Assembly: GCA_900617105.1 (NCBI GenBank)
Contig: UYFQ01000544.1
Span: forward strand, 1-35,551
Direction of reading: 5' to 3'
DNA length: 35,551 bases
From: Hydrurus foetidus
Lineage: Eukaryota
Shown piece by piece: positions 31,155 through 35,551 of the stretch; positions within the stretch are counted from its first letter, which is position 1, and the number at the start of each line of letters is the position of its first letter. Made by a program: the position numbers and the translations under genes. A model generated the notes under the pieces. It was not told the DNA's origin and made no database searches. It worked only from the letters and a program-made list of their open reading frames with translations.

Positions 31155-34100
31155 TCATATGGTACCGCGGGAAGCATTCTCCAGATTTTCATCTGCCATC
31201 ATTGGACTCGGTACGGATTCCTCTATGACGTCTTTCTTCGCCGGCTTGCAGTAGCAGAGACAGAGCAGTAGACCCAATATCATCACAAAGGCACTACCAA
31301 TGACCACACCGACGATAATAGCGACGGTACCTCGAGTGAGCACTGAAGTAGAGGTAAATTAGACCATGTTGTGCATGCAGACACGACGATTCGAGGAGGA
31401 GCAAATCAACTTCTCATAAGCTGTGACGATTCTATGCGGTTAGCGAATCAGAGAAGCAGTGCATGATGCATGGATTCAAAGCACCTTCGTTCAGGAAATT
31501 ATAGATCAAGGATCGTGTTTCATTGCAGATCCACTTTCGATCTGGACCCACCCCGAGACAATTCACATAGATAATCTGTACCGTACTTACAACTGGAAAT
31601 GCACGGTACAGAAAGTGTGTGTGAATTGTCGTGTTGGGTCCAGATTAAAAGTGGATCAGCAATTATACACAAACCTTGAGATCATAAATTGCGAAAAGCG
31701 GAAAGAATCATTTGGGTGTAAGATTTACTGTCATTAATCATTTTTACCTTCTTTTCCTCGCTTTCGTTGTGTCGGGTGTACAGCAGCAGCGTATTTGACT
31801 TCCCTCACACGGCTGTTAAACGTGTCGGAGATGTAGATAGTGCCCGATCTCGTGTCAACGATGATGCCTGAAGGTCTGGACAGCAGGCCAGCTGTGGCTG
31901 GTCCTCCATCCCCACCGTACCCAGCAGCGATATTACCCACACCAGCCACCGTGACGATCACACCCGTGCTCTTCATCACCATGCGAATGCAGTTATTGTA
32001 CGTGTCAGCTATGTAGAGATTTCCTGTAGAGTCCAGAGAAAGAGCGAAGGGTTCGTACAGCTGTGCCGCTGTCGCAGGGCCTCCATCTCCGCTGTAGCCT
32101 GCGAGACCGTTACCAGCTACTGTGGAGATAACTCCAGTGCGAGGTGCTATCATGCGGATACGATGATTGTCAGAGTCTGCTATATAGATCACCCCAGTGG
32201 ATGGATCCACGATACTCCTCAGGATGCGGGAGACGGCTGCGGAGGAGGCTTGTCCGAGGTCCCCAGTAAAGCCTCCCTTACCAGTGCCTGCAATTGTTGT
32301 GATGAGGCCGGTCATCTTCGACACCATCCGCAGTCTGAAGTTCCCGGTGTCGGAGATGTACATGTTCCCCCTGGAGTCCAGGCACACACCAGATGGTCTG
32401 TTCAACAGAGCGGAAGTCGCTAGGCCGCCTTGGCCGCTGTAGCCGTACCCTCCTGTTCCGGCCACAGTGATGATGATGCCGGAAGTCCCGTTCACCATCC
32501 GGATGCGATGGTTGAAAGTATCGGCAATGTACACATGGCCTGAAGTCGAGTGCACAGCGATACCGGCAGGATTGTTCAACATGGCGTTCACTGCAGGTCC
32601 GTTATCTCCTCCGAACCCGTACACCCCCGTCCCTGCTACGGTCGAGATGATGCCGGTCACTCTGTCCACCATGCGGACACGCTGATTCAAAGAATCGGAT
32701 ATGTAGATATTGCCATTCGCGTAGTTGATGCCTAGGCCTGAAGGGTAGAACATGTCCGCGGATGCTGCGTACCCGCCATCGCCATTATAACCCGCCACAC
32801 CGGAGCCAGCGAGGGTACTGATTTGCAGAGCTAATAGCATGGGGGGAGATATGACGATGTTTAGCTATCACTAATTTTGAAAATATGATGAGATCTCATT
32901 CCGGTCACATGTAGTTGTCGATGGAGTTTAAGACATCGTTGTCGCAGCTACCACATAGTGTGCAGGATCTGCGCTACTGTGACTGTGCATCTGTTGCATC
33001 TGATTGAAGCGCATCACAACCATCGCATCCACATCATGCTTCGCGAAGATATGCTCGTGATATCATGTCATGCATGAACAACACTATTTCTACGAACATC
33101 AATGTTCTCACCTGCGCTTACTGGCGCCATCGTTGGAGCGAACGTGACTGCCGTGGAAGGTCTGGCGATCGGAGAGGCGGATGGACCTGACGGTGCACTT
33201 GCAATTCCGATAACATTCCTGATGACGTTATTGCCTGTGTCAGCAATGTACATCGTGCCGGAGGAGGCGTCGAATGCAACGCCTCCAGGGAGACTCAGCA
33301 TCGCAAAAGTGGCTCGTCCTCCATCTCCACTGTAACCAAAGTTACCATTCCCTGCAACGGTGGTGATGATACCCGTGCTCTTTTTGATCATGCGAATGAC
33401 GTTGTTGCCCGAGTCGGCGATGTAGATGTCTCCTGATATCGTGTCGACAGCCACGCCTACAGGAGCGTTCAACCTCGCCAGCACTGCCTGCCCTCCATCC
33501 CCTGTGTAACCCGCGTTGTTGCCGTTGCTTCTCGAGACCTTGCCAGCGACTGTAGATATGATGCCTGTGCTCTTGGTGACCATGCGGAGTATATTGTTGC
33601 CTGTGTCAGCGATGTAGAAATTACCTGTTGCGGCTTCTACTGTCACACTCCTCGGAAACGACAAAGTAGCGGATGTAGCTGGCCTACTACCGCCAGTGAA
33701 GGTTCCGTTGCCACTCCCTGCGACGGTAGTGATGTTACCGGTGCTCGTTGTAACCATGCGCACCACAGCATTTCATTGGGATACGATGTACAGGTTGCCC
33801 GTGATAGGATCCACAGCACATCCTGCCGGTTGGATGCTGGCAGAAAGGGCTAGTCCTCCATCTCCACTATATCCATAGTTACCATTCCCCGCAACGGTGG
33901 TGATGACGCCTGTGCTCTTCTTGATCATGCGTATGACATTGTTGCCCGAGTCAGCGATGTAAATGTTGGCGGTGGTGGGATCGCACGCAACTCCTCCAGG
34001 GTTGTACAGAGTTGCTCGTGTCGCAGGTCCGTTATCTCCGCTGTAGCCTGTAAATCCTGTGCCGGCTACTGTGGAGATGATGCCGGTGCTCTTCGTGACC

Positions 34101-34786
34101 ATGCGCACCACATTGTTTGCGTAATCTGCGATGTACAAGTCGCCTGTCAACAGATTGATAGCAACACTGGTTACAGAATATGAAAGAGATGCTGACGTTG
34201 CTGCCCCTCCATCTCCGCTGTAGCCCGCTGTTCCGTTACCGGCGTATGTGAATATTGTGCCAGCTGTTGACGACCCTGGGGTAATGCGTGTGTGTGGCGA
34301 TTGGGACGATTGATTCATTGATTATGTTGAGTCGCATCTTGGATCAATTCACGCACATAACTAACACACACACACACGCACTGACGCATCATAACATGGT
34401 GTCTAATCAGTTCCTGGACATACCGTCTTGTCACACGTAACGGCATCGAGTTACATCAGGCATGTCATATCGCATATGGTGATGTCACATGACGTCAGAC
34501 CGATCAAAAAAACTATATTCAAAAGAAATCATATCTCACCTGCGCTTGTTGGCGCCAACGTGACTGCCGTGGAAGGTCTAGCGATCGGAGAGGCGGATGG
34601 ACCTGACGGTGCACTCGCACTCCCGATGATGTCTCTGATGACATTATTGCCTGCGACGGCGATGTACATCATGCCAGAAGTCGTATCTATCGCGACACTG
34701 TAAGGGGAGGATAGTGTCGCACTTGTGGCTTGCCCTCCATCGCCGCCGTAGCCACTCATCCCATTCCCAACAACAGTGGTGATGAT
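31155..34786 (-). pseudogene. Multi-exon NHL-repeat (beta-propeller) type-I membrane/surface protein, 5'-disrupted
   Basis: Many IYIADxxNxxIRMV...GIITTVAGxGxxGYSGDGGxAT repeats in 34786-34540, ~34276-33112 (in-frame TGA 33773) and ~32831-31750. Last exon 31342-31155 encodes TM VAIIVGVVIGSAFVMILGLLLCLCYC. Splice phases are compatible. Confidence 0.8.
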
Positions 34787-35551
34787 AAGCTCAACACATT
34801 TGTCGTCAAGTCCCAACATGAGAGACTCAACTCGTTCCACGTTCCCGACAAAGTCATCTTCGACTCTGGTGCTTCACGCTCTGGCACCGGCCGCTCCCAA
34901 CGTCTTACCAGCATTGAACCTGTCAGCACATCCGTCACAGTCACCCCTGCATTCGGTCCGTCCATGACACCAACACACCAAGGCAGCCTCGGCCCGTTGG
35001 AGCTTAGCACCCTCCTTCTCCCTGCCCTAGGCGATAGCACCCTTGTCTCTGTCTCCCAGTTTTGCGCTGGCGGTGTCACCAACGACCACTTCATCGGCAT
35101 CTTCACTCATAAAGACTTCCGCTTCTATGAGACTGCATCAGCCCTTCCCTACATTGCACTGGTAGCTCAGCATGGAAAGGAGGTCACCCGTGGAACCGTC
35201 CAAGACGGCCTCTACGTGGAGACTCCCTACTGACCAACCACTCGGGAGAGTCTTTTGGTCACACACTATACTCCCGCTTCACTGTACGACCACGTGCATC
35301 AAGCCACAGGCCACCCCGGTCTTCCAGGCATGGCATGGCACCGCGATCATTCCCTCAATGCTCGCTTCACCACCAAAGATGCACACACCTCCCGTCCGGT
35401 CTGTCCTGGATGCGCCCATGGCGCAATGCGTCAAGCATCCACAGACTATCGTCGCATTCACAGAGACACCACTACCCTCGTCGGCCAGCAGTTCTCCTTG
35501 GATGCCTATACCCACTCGACTCCATCATTCCGTAACTACCGTTACACCCGA
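34787..35551 (+). mobile_element. pol: Fragment of a second Ty1/copia family: protease and integrase HHCC region, running off the window
   Basis: VIFDSGASRS protease motif, LVSVSQ, GLY. After an in-frame TGA (35231-35233): HQATGHPG...CPGCAHG zinc finger and QQFSLDAY. Confidence 0.82.

Overview
Eukaryotic genomic DNA with short GT-AG introns; the transposon families and gene style suggest a stramenopile or similar protist (inference). Positions 2289-23511 hold a cluster of four mobile elements with resolvable ends. (1) A PIF/Harbinger DNA transposon (2289-5447, TCA TSD). (2) A young Ty1/copia LTR retrotransposon (5485-11854) with no tRNA primer-binding site; an 11-nt sequence complementary to its own LTR sits there instead, like Tf1-type self-priming. 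(3) A second PHIS-superfamily (Pangu-like) DNA transposon (11857-23505) inserted on the last base of the copia 3' LTR; it carries a DUF6818/Myb-like gene, a DDE transposase and an HTH + 2OG-Fe(II) dioxygenase cargo gene bracketed by 99-bp inverted repeats. (4) An Ngaro-like tyrosine-recombinase retrotransposon with split direct repeats (16472-23434) inserted into a palindrome in the right TIR of element 3. Host genes follow: a small membrane protein, a class-II glutamine amidotransferase (DUG3/EgtC-like), a six-exon membrane-anchored LOV-only protein that the ORF track does not assemble, and a multi-exon NHL-repeat surface protein cut at its 5' side by an LTR-less copia pol fragment. All domain calls come from motif recognition by eye; no searches were run.
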